This document shows, piece by piece, positions 15,130 to 27,885 of a stretch of DNA of 64,000 nucleotides. Numbering within the stretch: position 1 is the stretch's first letter; every line of letters starts with the position of its first letter. The DNA lies in the NCBI RefSeq assembly GCF_009914755.1, contig NC_060929.1. One strand, written 5' to 3'. Position numbers and translations under genes: made by a program. This DNA comes from the human T2T-CHM13v2.0 reference genome, Homo sapiens. The notes under the pieces are model-generated. The model saw only the letters and a list, made by a program, of their open reading frames with translations, did no database searches and was not told where the DNA came from.

Positions 15130-15557
15130 TGTGGATTAGTTTCCTAGAGTTACCATCACAACTTCCACCAACTGGGTGGGTTACAATAACAGAAATGTAT
15201 TCTCTCAGTATTGGAGGCCAGAAGTCCTGAACCAAGGTGTTGGCAGGGCCATGTTCCCTCCAGGGAAGAATCCTTCCTCACCTCTTCCAGTTTCTGGTTG
15301 CTCCATGCATCCCTTGGCTTGTGGCTGTGTCATTTCAGTTTCTGCCTCTATCTTCATGTGACCACTTCTCTTTCGCTGCTCTTCTGTCTCTAGTAAGGAC
15401 ATTTGCCATTGGATTTATGGCCCACTCAGGTAATTCAGGATTATCTTACCTCCAGATCCTTAATTACACTTTTTTTTCCAAATAAGGTCACATTCACAGA
15501 TTCTGGGGGTGAGGACATGGACCTGTCCTTTTGTGGGCCACCATTCGACCCACTAGA
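15130..15557 (-). mobile_element. MaLR solo LTR (MLT1C-like)
   Basis: attagtttccta...ggaggccagaagtcc...caaggtgttggcagggccatg...ccaaataaggtcacattcacag...accattcgacccacta. Confidence 0.82.
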
Positions 15558-16024
15558 GCAAGGGACTTTTCTTTCTTGGTCTCTGCATTTTATGGGTGTC
15601 ATATGCCATCTTTGCTGCCAACATTCGGCAGTGCAGTGAAAGATGCCTCTAACTGGGGAGGTTTCTCTTCTGGGAGTGTTGTTTTATTTCTTTTTCTGTT
15701 GTCTGAGTCAGAGGTACTCTCATCTGTTTTGGTGTTTGCCTAGAGATGACTTTCTCATTCCCCCTCAACATCCTATGTACCGTAGTGTGTCTGCAAACAG
15801 AGGAAAGCCTTGATACCTTGGTGGAGGTGATAGGGTGGAGTGCTGGGGCACTGGTGATAGAAGAGTGCAAAGTTATTTTTAAAAAATGGACCTGACAGTT
15901 CTGTGGACCATTTTTTCAGCTATTCAAAGGTACTTATATTTACTCTTTGGGAGATCAGTCATCCCATTACCACTGGCAATTGGGTGTTACTGTATATATT
16001 TTTTAGCATCCCAGCTAAAAAATC

Positions 16025-16314
16025 TTTTCTTTTTTGACAGAGTCTCGCTCTATCACCCAGGCTGGAGTGCAGTGGTGCCATCTCGGCTCACTGCAACCTC
16101 CGCCTCCCGGGTTCAAGCAATTCTCTGCCTCAGCCTCCTGAGTAGCTGGGATTACAGGCACCCTCCACTACACCTGGCTAATTTTTTTGTATTTTTAGTA
16201 GAGATGGGGTTTCACCATCTTGGCCAGGATGGTCTTGAACTCCTGACCTTGTGATCCTCCCACCTTGGCCTCCCAAAGTGCTGGGATTACAGGCATGAGT
16301 CACAGCACCCGGCC
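16025..16314 (-). mobile_element. AluS (Sg-like) SINE
   Basis: Full dimer in reverse; gaccttgtgatcc and caccatcttggcc variants. Confidence 0.92.
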
Positions 16315-18302
16315 CCAACTGTGCTTTTTTGTGTTAAGATGATTGTAGCCACAATGTCATGGAGAGGATATAACTTATAACACCTTGCACTAGCTAGTCC
16401 ATGTAAGTTGTTCTGTGGTTTAGCTTGACAAAATGAACGCCCACACCAACCAGGATTGTCCTCACTGGATTCCCACTACCGCTCTCATTCTTGACATACA
16501 AGGGAAGGTGAGCTGCTCTTCAAAATTTTGAGCCTCTGAAATTTAATTCAGTGAATATTTATTGGGTATAAACTCTGTACCAGCCACTCTATAGGTGCTG
16601 AGAGAGTCAACAAGCAAACAGATTGGTCACCTGCACTTATGCCGTAAATAGTTCCCTTTTTCCTTCTCGTGTACCTTTTTCTAGCCCTGTACGGTGCAGT
16701 GGTTAGTTATCTTAAACTGAAAAACTTTTCATTTTTAAAACTTTCATGCAAAAAGTCTTTGAGCACTAGATATATACAGATGTGGTCCATCGTAGCTGGA
16801 GTCCATTTCTCCTGGGTTTGTAGCTTTCAACAGTCTAGTTCAAGCACCTGCTTGTTTCACCACCTTCTTCCTTTCTAATAGGCTCTTCAAGTCCTGACCC
16901 TGGAGAACACTGCCTGTTACGCTGGTTCACTATTTTGGGACTTGCCAAAATTAAGGCAGCCTGTCCTGTATGGACAAGACTGTCCTTTTATTCTTTTTTA
17001 ATTTAGTGAGGTAAAACTTATGGAGTGCCAACTGACAAGAGACCAACCAAAAGAATTTTACCGTGTCCCCTGTTTTCTTTTAGATGTAGTGACTTGGTAT
17101 TACCTCTGCCTGAAGGTAGGTCTCTCCACCATCTGCCTGAGATAGGGGCACAGAGCTGTCTCAGTTTGGCACTAAAGAGGACTTCCCACAGAACCTTGGT
17201 TGACATCGTCCATTTGGGGTGGGGTGCTAGAACCACACTCTTCAGACTTGGGTCTCTGTTGGTATCTGATCATAATTTTCTTGTCTCCTTTGGACCACCA
17301 AGGGACAAGTTTCCCCATTTTAAAATACATGATATATGGCACGCAAGTATGCTGTCTGAGCAAAGGCGTTTTTAAGCGAGAGCTGTACAAATATTATGCG
17401 TTCTAACCCCACAGCCCATCTCTGGGAAGGGGCACCCAGACTTTGGGGGCTGTTGTTAAATACCACTAGGCAATCATCAAGATCTGTTTATCTCATTCTT
17501 TCCATGAAATATAAGAATGTTAGGCCCCATATATGGGATTTTCCTGAGAATTTTTTGTAATGTTCACTCAATGCAGAGCCCACATCAGGTTATGCTTGCT
17601 TTCTCTGCTCCCGTGGTCAGAATTTTATCTGAGCCTACATCTACCCCTTTGGCTTCTCGTAGAGTCCCTTTATTCTTATAATTGAAAATTCCCAAGGCTA
17701 CCTGTACTCTGTGTTATAAATAAATATGGTTTCTAACAAGTTGATGAATTACACTTCCCACGCAACCTCAACTCTTCTGGAGTCATTCAGTTGGTCCTGT
17801 TTTCTCTCCAGCTTTGTTTTCTGTGTCTCTTAAGAACACTCAGGTTCCTTGTTAGTCCACACTCCCTGGCTTCTCATCCAGCATCTCTACACCCTCCCCT
17901 CTGGGGATCTTGCCAGTTCCCTCACCCAGATCAGTAACATTTTCAGGTGGCATATTATCTGGCACACAGTAGCATGCAGTACATGTTGTATAAGCATATG
18001 AAACTTGACTAGTGTCCAGTGGTGATATGACGTCAACTCAGATGTGTTTCAGGTGTTCTGATGCCCAGCTGACTAGATCTAGCCCTTTGTCCTTATGGAG
18101 ACACTGCAGTATCTGTCTAAGGGTTTTTCTTTGTTTAGGAATGTGCAGTATACCTTTTACTGAGATATTTGGTGTAGGGCCAGTTCCTGCACTGCTTAAA
18201 TGTCATTAATTCAAAGGTTTATCATCAATTTAATAATCACTTTTGAGGAGCAAGAGGGAAACATCTCATTAAAGATAAAGAAGGATTATAAAATGCATTC
18301 TG

Positions 18303-18398
18303 GGCTGGGTTCAGTGGCTCACGCCTGTAATCCCAACAGTTTGGGAGGCTGAGGCAGGAGGATCACTTGAGCCCAGCAGTTCAACATAGTGAGACCTG

Positions 18399-18435
<37 letters not shown>

Positions 18436-18648
18436 CATCTCTGCACACACACACATACAAGTTTGGTGTGTTGGCATGTGCCTTACTCTCAGCTACTCCA
18501 GAGGCTGAGGTGGGAGGATTGCTTGAGTTCGAGAGGTTGAGGCTGCAGGGGGCCATGATCATTACCACTGCTCTCCAGACTGGGCGACAGAGTGAGACCC
18601 TGTCTCAAAAAAAAAATTTTTTTTTAAAGCCCCACAAAACAAAACAAA
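18303..18648 (+). mobile_element. AluJ SINE with internal (CA)n
   Basis: ggaggatcacttgagcccag; (CA)n at ~18402-18432 and ~18444-18457; TSD atgcattctg on both sides. Confidence 0.88.
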
Positions 18649-19118
18649 GAAGATGCATTCTGATTGCAGAAAAAGAGGTGTTTGAGAAACGAGGAAATAT
18701 GGTACATAGAAATTCCTGGTGATGTGCTGTGATGGGCCTAGAGGACTGAATAGGAAAATTATGTACACAGGAAGTTTTTGATAGGAATGGTATTATCAGA
18801 GACCCCTTCAAAAATCCAGTGAATACTGTGGACTCTCTAAGAAATTTGGCACAACACTTATGGGGATTTATGGATCCTCTGAATCTACCCATATCACAAA
18901 CCTCCCGCCTCAATCATTGTAGAAGAGCATGTCCTTATTTGACACTGTTGGAAAGCTCTCCAAGAAATGACTGAGGAAGAAATTTGTGCTGTTTTCTATC
19001 AGGAACCTTGTTTAGATTATTAATACCAAAAAGTTATTTAGGCCTTTAATAGGGAAAATGGAAATAGACAAATGATCGGTTCCAGATGTTAGTCTTGTTG
19101 TGGCCTCTTTGGCCAGGG

Positions 19119-19160
19119 TGCATCTCATGCTGTCTCCATGCATCTCATGCTGTCTCCATG
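19119..19160. repeat. Perfect 20-bp tandem duplication
   Basis: tgcatctcatgctgtctcca x2 plus tg. Confidence 0.97.
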
Positions 19161-19600
19161 TTGCACTCTCAGAGTGAATCCTTGTGAAGCTTTATGCTTA
19201 CTTGGCTTTACTCCCTCAGAATGCCAGAATCTTGGCTGCAGCAGTGAGTGGAGTCCAGCCAGCCTGGTATTTCTTTAGAACAATCTCTGGAGGGCTTCTT
19301 TTACTTGGGACTCTTAAAGACAACAGGGAATTATCTGAGAATATTCAAAGCCATATTGTGTAATGAAACCAGGCATTGGTATTAAGCATAATTGTGGGCC
19401 AAGGCATCCTTGTTTATCTATGTTTTCATTATCTGAGTCCCTGAAGTTATGATTAATCAAAAATATTAACTGATGACTGATCACTAATAAAATTAATCAC
19501 AGCTCAAATAGCCCTCCCTGCTTGATACTTTGATTTATTTTAGGACATCTTGTCTGTGTCCTGGTCTGTCTCTGAATGACAGATAAATAATCAGAAGCAT

Positions 19601-19903
<303 letters not shown>

Positions 19904-19979
19904 GCAGGGCAAACAGAAATTGTAAATCATTCAAGACATCTGTGACTTTATGAAGTCTATGAACATGGTATTGGAGACT

Positions 19980-20338
19980 TGTATTAGTCCATTTTTACAC
20001 TGCTGATAAAGACATAGTTGAGACTGGGCAATTTACAAAAGAAAGAGGTTTAATTGGATTTACAGTTCCACTTGGCTGGGGAAGGCCTCACAATTATGGC
20101 GGAGGGTGAAAGGCACTTCTTACATGGTGGTGGCAAGAGAGAATGAGGAGGAAGCAAACGCAGAAACCCCTGATAAACCCATCAGATCTCATGAGACTTA
20201 CTATCATAAGAATAAGATGGGAAATACCGGCCCTCGTGATTCAATTATCTCCCCCTGGGTCCCTCCCACAACACGTGAGAATTTTGGGACATACAATTCA
20301 AGTTGAGATTTGGGTGGAGATACAGCCAAACCATATCA
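19980..20338 (-). mobile_element. THE1 (THE1B-like) MaLR solo LTR
   Basis: tgtattagtcc...gctgataaagacata...cagccaaaccatatca; TG..CA ends; 5-bp TSD agact/agacc. Confidence 0.93.
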
Positions 20339-21690
20339 AGACCTCTTGAATTGTGTACGTTGTCATAGACAAAGGAGGAGCTGGCATATTAGAACACTTA
20401 ATGAAGAGAAAACACAGGAGTTGATGACTTGATGGGCACTTGAAAAGAGTGATTTGAATCAAAAGAATGAGGATGGATTTGGGGAAAATTGATGAGGCTC
20501 TCAATTGCTTTTGCAAGAATGATAATCTTTTTGATAGTGCTGTAATAAAGCCAAACTTAAAGGCTATCTTACAGCATTATCATAAAATCTTGTAGAAAAA
20601 ATTGTATCTCTCATCAGCACTTAGTCTTTGTGATTTCGTACACAGTTGAAATAAGAACATAAATCTTACGTAAATATAAGGTTACCTTATTTTGATTATT
20701 ATGTTATTTTTCAAAATAAAGTTCCATTTAGCTCTCTGCCTTCCCTCCAAGACCATCATTGGACCATAAGATATTGGTCCTCATGTTAGGGGATTCACTT
20801 TGTGGCTCGTCTTTGTACCATTGGTAATAAGACCTTCCTTCCTATACACTACATGTGCATAATAGACAGTAGGTTTGATACAGATTTCTAGATCCTCCTC
20901 CCTATGGAGAGTCTCTTACGTAGTTTGATCTAGATTTCCATGCTGCACTGTTTTTATTCTCTGCTACCGTGTGCCAGGAAGCCTCTTCTCGCATTGCAGT
21001 GCACACTGCTTTTTATAGAAAGTGCTCCTGCACTCTCTGCCATGACCCAGAGTTCAGCTTAAGTACAGAGAATTTAGCAGTTGAATGGCAAGGAAAACTT
21101 CTGCCTATCAAAACACTGCAAACAGCGCTCTCTCTTTTTCTCTCTTACCCCTTCCAGTTCTTCCCACTTTCACGCATTGCGTTTTGCACATGCTCAGGTT
21201 CTCAATCTGCAAACGTACTTGAACTGGGCATAAGCCTTTGAGAGATGCTGCAGATAGTTTTTCTAGAGAGATTTTTGTTTCATAATGTTTCAGTTAAGAA
21301 TGGCATGCAACTTTAACATAACTTGAACACATTTGAAATAACATTTGAAAAAACTGAAAGGACAGATATGAAAAATTTGAACAGAGGCCCCCAAACCTAT
21401 ATGGTCATTTTTGTCAGGGAGCATTTTTTGGGCTTTAAGTCATGTGTTTAGATAAACCATTTCCCTTCCCCCCATTTCTCCTCCCCCTGGTTTGGCACCC
21501 AGATTGTGTTTTAAACAAGTTTTAGGATTATGTTAACTCAGCTTTTATGCAAAGATGATCTATGTAAAATGCCTAAATATTTAGTTAATTTCAAGATCGA
21601 AAAGCCTCTGAGGTGGTATTGTAACCAGAGCTAAAGATAAATGCACCAATCATATGTTGAATATATTTAAGATTAGTATAAGCAGATTCT

Positions 21691-21984
21691 GGCCAGGCAT
21701 AGTGGCTCATGCTTGTAATCCTGACACTTTGGGAGGCCAAGGCAGGGGGATTGCTTGAGTCTTGGAGTTTGAGACCAGCCTGGGCAACATAAGTAGACCC
21801 CGTCTTTACAAAATATAAAACAAATTAGCTGGTTGTGGTGGCATGTGCCTGTAGTGCTAGCTACTTGGGAGGCTGAAGCAGGAGATGGCTTGAGCCCAGG
21901 AGGTTGAGGCTACAGTGAACTGTGATCGCACCACTGCACTCCAGCCTGAGCTACAGAGCAAGACCCTGTCTTGAAAAACAAAAC
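21691..21984 (+). mobile_element. AluJ SINE
   Basis: Full dimer; TSD agtataag(c/t)agattc. Confidence 0.92.
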
Positions 21985-22055
21985 AGTATAAGTAGATTCC
22001 TTTTTCAGCAGCCTTCCTTAACTATTGTGACCTTGAGATACAGGTATGCTAATTA

Positions 22056-22240
<185 letters not shown>

Positions 22241-22319
22241 AGGAAAATATATAGAGGAAAATGTGCATATTTGTTTTTAGTTGTTTTCTAATGTAATAAG
22301 GAATTATTAAACTTAGAGA

Positions 22320-22460
22320 CTATCAGAGCTTGAGAAGACCTTAATAGTCATTTTGAGCACTTCTCTCATTTATAGAAAAAAGGCCCAGAGAAAGAAAATT
22401 CATTTTTGTGAGTCACACAAGTGGCTGGTAGCACAGTCTGAACCCAGAGCTGCTGGCCCT
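22320..22460 (-). mobile_element. MIR relic
   Basis: ctcatttatagaaaaaaggcccagaga...gtcacacaa...ctgaacccag. Confidence 0.55.
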
Positions 22461-22579
22461 TAATTTTATGCTCCATTATGTCATGCTATTATGTGGACAT
22501 TTGTACAGATGATAGAACAAAAGCACATTCATTTATTTTATCATTCTTTGTCAAACTTACTAGACACTCACTTCACCAA

Positions 22580-23172
22580 GTATATTAGTTTTCTGTCAGT
22601 GTAACCAGCCACCACAAAATGATTAGCTTAAAACAACCTCCATTTATGAGCTCATAGTTCTGAAGCTCAGAAATCTGGCATGCTGTGTGTGTGTCCTCTG
22701 CTCAGGCTAGAAATCAAGGTGTTGGTTAGCTGTGCTTTCACCTGGACTTGGGGCCCTTTTCCAAACACATGCCTGTGATTGGCAGATTGGGTTTCTTGTG
22801 GTTGTAGGACTTGAGTCCACAGATCCTTGCTGGCTGTCAGCCAGGACCCCCTCCCAGCCTCTGGAGGCAGCGCCATGTTCCTCCTCTTGAGGCTCCTCCA
22901 TGTTCAAGCCAAGGCCAGCATGTTGAATCCACCCTATGCTTCACATCACTCTGACTTCTTTTGCTACCAGCCAGAGAAAACTTCCTGCTTTTAAAGAGCT
23001 CATGTGATTCAATTAAGCCCATCTGGATATCTCTGTATTTTAAGGTCTACTGACTTGGGACTTTAATTGTATCTGCAAAACCCCTTCACAGTAGTACCTA
23101 GATTAGTGTTTGATTGAATAACCACAGGAGGGAAACCTCAGGGGAGCTATTTTTAGAATTCTGCCAGCCACA
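22580..23172 (-). mobile_element. MaLR solo LTR (MLT1E-like)
   Basis: tattagttttct...gcttaaaacaac...ggttgtaggact...atctgcaaaaccccttcacagtag...tagaattctgccagccaca. Confidence 0.8.
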
Positions 23173-23617
23173 TCTGACAAGTCTGGTGGCCAAACTTTGG
23201 ACAAACCCTACCATGTGTGACACTGTTGTGAACCTGGAAATAAAGGTGGGAAAAGGCAACTATATGGGATTGGTCTGTTTTTGTATTCCAAGGGCCCAGT
23301 AATAGAAATGGCCTCTAGGCAGCAATGACTATCACAAACCCCATGTGCTTGGTTGAATAGAAAAGACAGAGTCATGGCCTCATGGCCATAGCTGAAGCTG
23401 TCTCATCCAAGTAAGACAGCTAGGACAACCTGATACAGCAAGAAGTGTTTGCTGGTAGCAGCAGCAGAAGAAAGTATACTATAAAAGCACAGTGATCTGG
23501 GTTTACATACTTCTGTCCTTCCCCTGATGACAGAGCACCAAATAGTAATCATGAGCCTAAATTGACAAAAGAAGTTAAGTTCTATGTACTCAGTCTAAGA
23601 GCAGAAAATCTATAAGC

Positions 23618-23936
23618 AGTTCTCTCTCATCGATGGATTCACTTTCCATAGTTACCTATTAAATTAGCTGCAGTTCACTGCAGTCCCAAAATATTAAATG
23701 AAAAATTCCAGAAATAAACAATTCATAAGTTTTTAATTGCACATCATTCTGAGTAGCATGATGAAATCGCCCAGAGCGTGAATCATCCCTTTGTCCAGTG
23801 CTGTCTATCCATTAGTCACCTAGTAGCCATCTAGGTTATCAGATCAAACAGCAGATACAGGGTTTAGTACTATCTGAGGTTTCAGGCATCTACTGGCGTC
23901 TTGGGAGGTGTCTCTTGTTATGAGGGGAGACTACTG
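23618..23936. mobile_element. MER44A-like TcMar-Tigger MITE
   Basis: aaaatattaaatgaaaaattccagaaataaacaattcataag...gtgaatcatccctttgtccag...ggagactactg followed by TA. Confidence 0.8.
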
Positions 23937-24029
23937 TAATGTGAAAGAAACTCCCATTGAAAAATGGTTTAAAGTTTAGTACCTAAAAAGGCTAAGCTTA
24001 ATTTATTGAGAAAAGTAGTTCACTTTAGT

Positions 24030-24495
24030 GGAACCCCAGTGGCTTCTCATTACCTTGAATAAATCCCAGACCTCTGGTGTGATCAGAAAGGCAGCCCCAC
24101 TGGCCATTTTTCTATGCCCAGCATGCCAAGCTATTTCCCACCTTGGGACTTTTGCTCATGCTGTTCTGCTGGTCTTCAGTGTTCTTCAGTTTTTCACTTG
24201 CCTCTTTCCATAGCTCACTCTTTCTTCTTCAGATCTCAACTTATAGGTCACCTTCTCAGAGAGGGCTTTCCTGATTACCTGATTTTATAAAATTACCACT
24301 TGCCTCTTCCCCACCTCTAGAAGCTTCTATCAAATCACCTGCTTATCTTCTGTACAGCCTACTATGTTTTCTTGTTTATAATTTTTCTTTCCTTTAGAGT
24401 GGCATTCCTTGAATTAGACCTTATCTAACCCACCTTTGTCTCTTCCATGTCTAGATCAGAGCCAGGCACACAGTAGAAAGCCATTGTTTGTTGGA
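24030..24495. mobile_element. L2 LINE 3' relic
   Basis: tttgctcatgctgttc...cagatctcaactt...ggtcaccttctcagagagg...ccaggcacacagtag. Confidence 0.7.
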
Positions 24496-24515
24496 GATTT
24501 AAAAAATGGATCCAC

Positions 24516-24809
24516 GCTGGGCACGGTGGCTCATGCCTGTAATCTCAGCACTTTGGGAGGCTGAGGTGGGAGGATTGCTTGAGCCCAGGAGTTCCAGACT
24601 AGCCTGGGCAACGTGGTGAAACCCCATCTCTACAAAAAATACAAAAAACTAGCCGGGCATGGTGGTGTGCACCTGCAGTTCCAGCTACGTGGGAAGCTGA
24701 GGTGGGAGGATTGATCGAGGTTGGGAGGTGGAGGGTGCATTGAGTTGTGATGGGGCCACTGCACTCTAGCCTGAGTGACAAAACAAGACCCTGTCTCAAA
24801 AAAACAAAA
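24516..24809 (+). mobile_element. AluJ SINE
   Basis: ggaggattgcttgagcccaggag; full dimer. Confidence 0.92.
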
Positions 24810-26098
24810 GGGGGGTCCAGAGAGTTTAAATGTCCCATTGTCACTAAGGAAAATCATGGCATAATAGGGAGTAGCACTCAGTTTAAGGGAAATATCAGCC
24901 TGTCACCTGACCTATGGGTATTACTGGCTATGAATTTGGCAACTGGGATAAGAATGGCTTAATGACTAGCCCTTGTGCAGTTAATCATAGTAAGAGATAA
25001 AGTCTATCCTCCTGTGCCCTTGATGTTTTCAGCCATTCTCCCACAAGGAAATATGTTGAAAATATTCAACTTTTAGAATTCTTGTCTTTGTTAAATAAAA
25101 TTAAATAAATGATCATCTTTTAATGTCCCATTTGAAGTGTTTTTTAGTTCTTCTCACTCTTCATATTTTTCCTGCTTGCAAATTCTCTTTTAAATTTGTT
25201 ATTTTCATTTTCAGCATCTGTTAGACAAAAATGACGACAGATCCATTTCCTGGTAGAAATTACACATCTTTTGAATGGTGTTCCTAACCCTCAGCATTCC
25301 CAGGTTTGTTTAAAATATCACTGACCCTTTGAGATACTGCTGTGTTTGGTACTGAGACTGAGTTAATGAGAAACTTCAAAAGCAAAGCAGGAGAAATGCG
25401 AGTGGCGAAAAAATGGACGATGGAATTTTTTCCAAAATAAAACTCTACGCCTGTCTTCTACAGATTATACCAGACATTTCATGCCCTACTGAAATGTAAA
25501 TGAGGCTTATTTAATTTGGGCAACTCCATGTGAATTTTACCTTGACAAATTTGAAATTGTGCTTTCAGGTTTTTGTTTGTTTTGCCTTTTTTGCATCCTT
25601 TAACCTCAGTTCAACTCTCAGCCAGGAGCTGTCTTGAGTAAGCAGCAATTCACTATGTACTCTTTGGGTGGGGCTGCTTTTGGTTTTTAACAAATATGAA
25701 AGAATAGGGGAAAATAACAAGAACTGAAAGAGTAGGAAAAGCCAACACCCTTTATGCCCCATTTCTAGATCATTTCATTGTTGAATAATAATATGATAAC
25801 GGATACAGGGCATCTTTATAGTCTTAATCTTTTCCCAGGTTATAGGCTGCCAACCAGAAATCCACAAGAATTTTCCTTGTTTGACTAACAGGCCTGAATG
25901 GTGAAAGGTTTTTTTTTGGTTGTTTACTTGTTTGTTTGTTTTAAATGTCTGGTTGATAAGCTATCTATGTACAAAGCTTTGCTTCTACTTGAGTGTGAGG
26001 TAAGTAACCTGAACCCCCAAACAGATGAGCCATGTGAACTGTGGGTAGAACAGAGGGTGGGCACAACTTTTTCCACAATGAGAGGCAGCTTAACTCTT

Positions 26099-26472
26099 GT
26101 TTGTTTTTTTAACTTTTATTTTAAGTTCAGGGGTACATGTGCAGGTTTGTTACCTAGGTAAACTCATGTCATGGGAGTTTGTTATACAGATTATTTTGTC
26201 ACCCAGGTACTAAGCCTAGTACCCAATAGTTATTTTTTTCCAATCTTCTCCCTTCTCCCACCCTCCACTCTCAAGTAGGCTCCAGTGTCTGTTGTTCCCC
26301 TCTGCGTTCATGAGTTCTCATCATTTAGCTCCCACTTGTAAGTGAAAACATGCAGTATTTGTTTTTCTATTTCTGCGTTAGTTTGCTAAGGATAACGACC
26401 TCCAGCTCCATCCATCTTCCCACAAAGGGCATAATCTCATTCTTTTTTATGGCTGTGTAGTATTCCATGGTA

Positions 26473-26530
<58 letters not shown>

Positions 26531-26853
26531 CGCGTGTGTGTGTGTACCACATTTTCTTTAACCTGTCATTGATGGGCATTTAGATTGATTCCGTGACTTT
26601 GCTATTGATAATAGTGCTGCAGTGAACATATGTGTGCATGTGCCTTTGTGGTAGAATGATATATATTCTTTTGGGTGTATACCCAGTAATGGGATTGCTG
26701 GATCAAATGGTAGTTCTGTTTTTAGCTGTTTGAGGAATTGCCGTACTGCTTTCCACAGTGGTTGAACTAATTTACACTCCCACAATATAAGCATTTTCTT
26801 TTCTCCACAACCTTACCAGCATCTCTTATTTTTTTACTTTTTAATATAGGAAG
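26099..26853 (-). mobile_element. 5'-truncated older primate L1 (L1PA13-16/L1PB-like) with internal (TA)n(TG)n
   Basis: ORF2 tail in ORF 26558..26794 ([13 protein letters not shown]...[12 protein letters not shown]); TSD gcttaactctt at 26088-26098 and 26854-26864; microsatellite ~26471-26545. Confidence 0.9.
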
Positions 26854-26934
26854 GCTTAACTCTTAATATCTAAACACCGTACTTACAAAACAAATTAGGA
26901 TTAAAATAACTACATCAAAATTATTACTAAATCT

Positions 26935-27135
26935 CAGATCTCAGCCTAAATGTCACCTGTGCCTTCTCAGAGAGGTGATTACTCCTGATTACTCTTCTTT
27001 ATAAAATTAGCACTTTCCCTCTTCCCAACCTCTAGAACCTTCTATCAAATCACCTGCTTATCTTCTGTGCAGCCCACTATGTTTTCTTGTTTATAATTCC
27101 TCTCCCTCCTTTAGAATGGCATTCTTTGAATTAGA
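26935..27135 (+). repeat. Direct duplicate of 24230-24418 (L2-derived)
   Basis: Shared blocks cttctatcaaatcacctgcttatcttctgt and actatgttttcttgtttataatt. Confidence 0.9.
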
Positions 27136-27560
27136 GGATCTCTGTGCCTATTTTATTAGAATATCTGCAATATTTTTTATAGATCATCAGAAATTTAACA
27201 GAGTGGAAAACTGAAAGGTGAAGTGTTCCAAGTCATTAAAGATTAAAAAGTAACCAGAATTCACGAGAAAGCAAAGTTAAGTTATAATGATTTTTTAAAT
27301 GGACATAAGGATCAATGGGAAATCAAGATAAAGCAAAGCTGAAATTATGGTATTTTGATGGACTTAGTGTCTAGTTTTAAATGTTTTGTTTTGACTGACA
27401 GAACTGAAATGCTAGACTGTCTGTTTCTATATAGGATACCTGGCAACTGAAGTAAGACATATGATATTAAAATATAGCCTTTTACCCTGAAGGATATAAC
27501 AGTTATGTTGAGGAGATGAAGACATAAAAAAGATAAGCATGAAATGTAAGTAGGCTTAAT

Positions 27561-27850
27561 GCAGTTTCCCAAACTTTAGTTTTCTCCCTACCCCGCTTTC
27601 AGTTTTGATCATATACCTGTAACATTTGTTCTATTTACTAAATTCTTTTCTTTGATTTGATTCACTTTCTTTATTTACAAAATTTCCTTTTAAAAAAATA
27701 AGTGCGTATCCTACTACCTATATCAGTATCACTTGCTGAATAAGGAAACCCTAAAAATAAGTTAAATGGCAACAAAACTATATTGTTAAGTTCTAGCTAG
27801 ATACTTTGGCTCCTAAAGCCACTGAGCTTATGCCTTGCTTTTCTCTGTTT

Positions 27851-27885
<35 letters not shown>

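Noticed and set aside
25214-25305. Acceptor ttttcattttcag followed by cag|gtttgt
   Set aside because: Stop codons in all three frames and a weak donor
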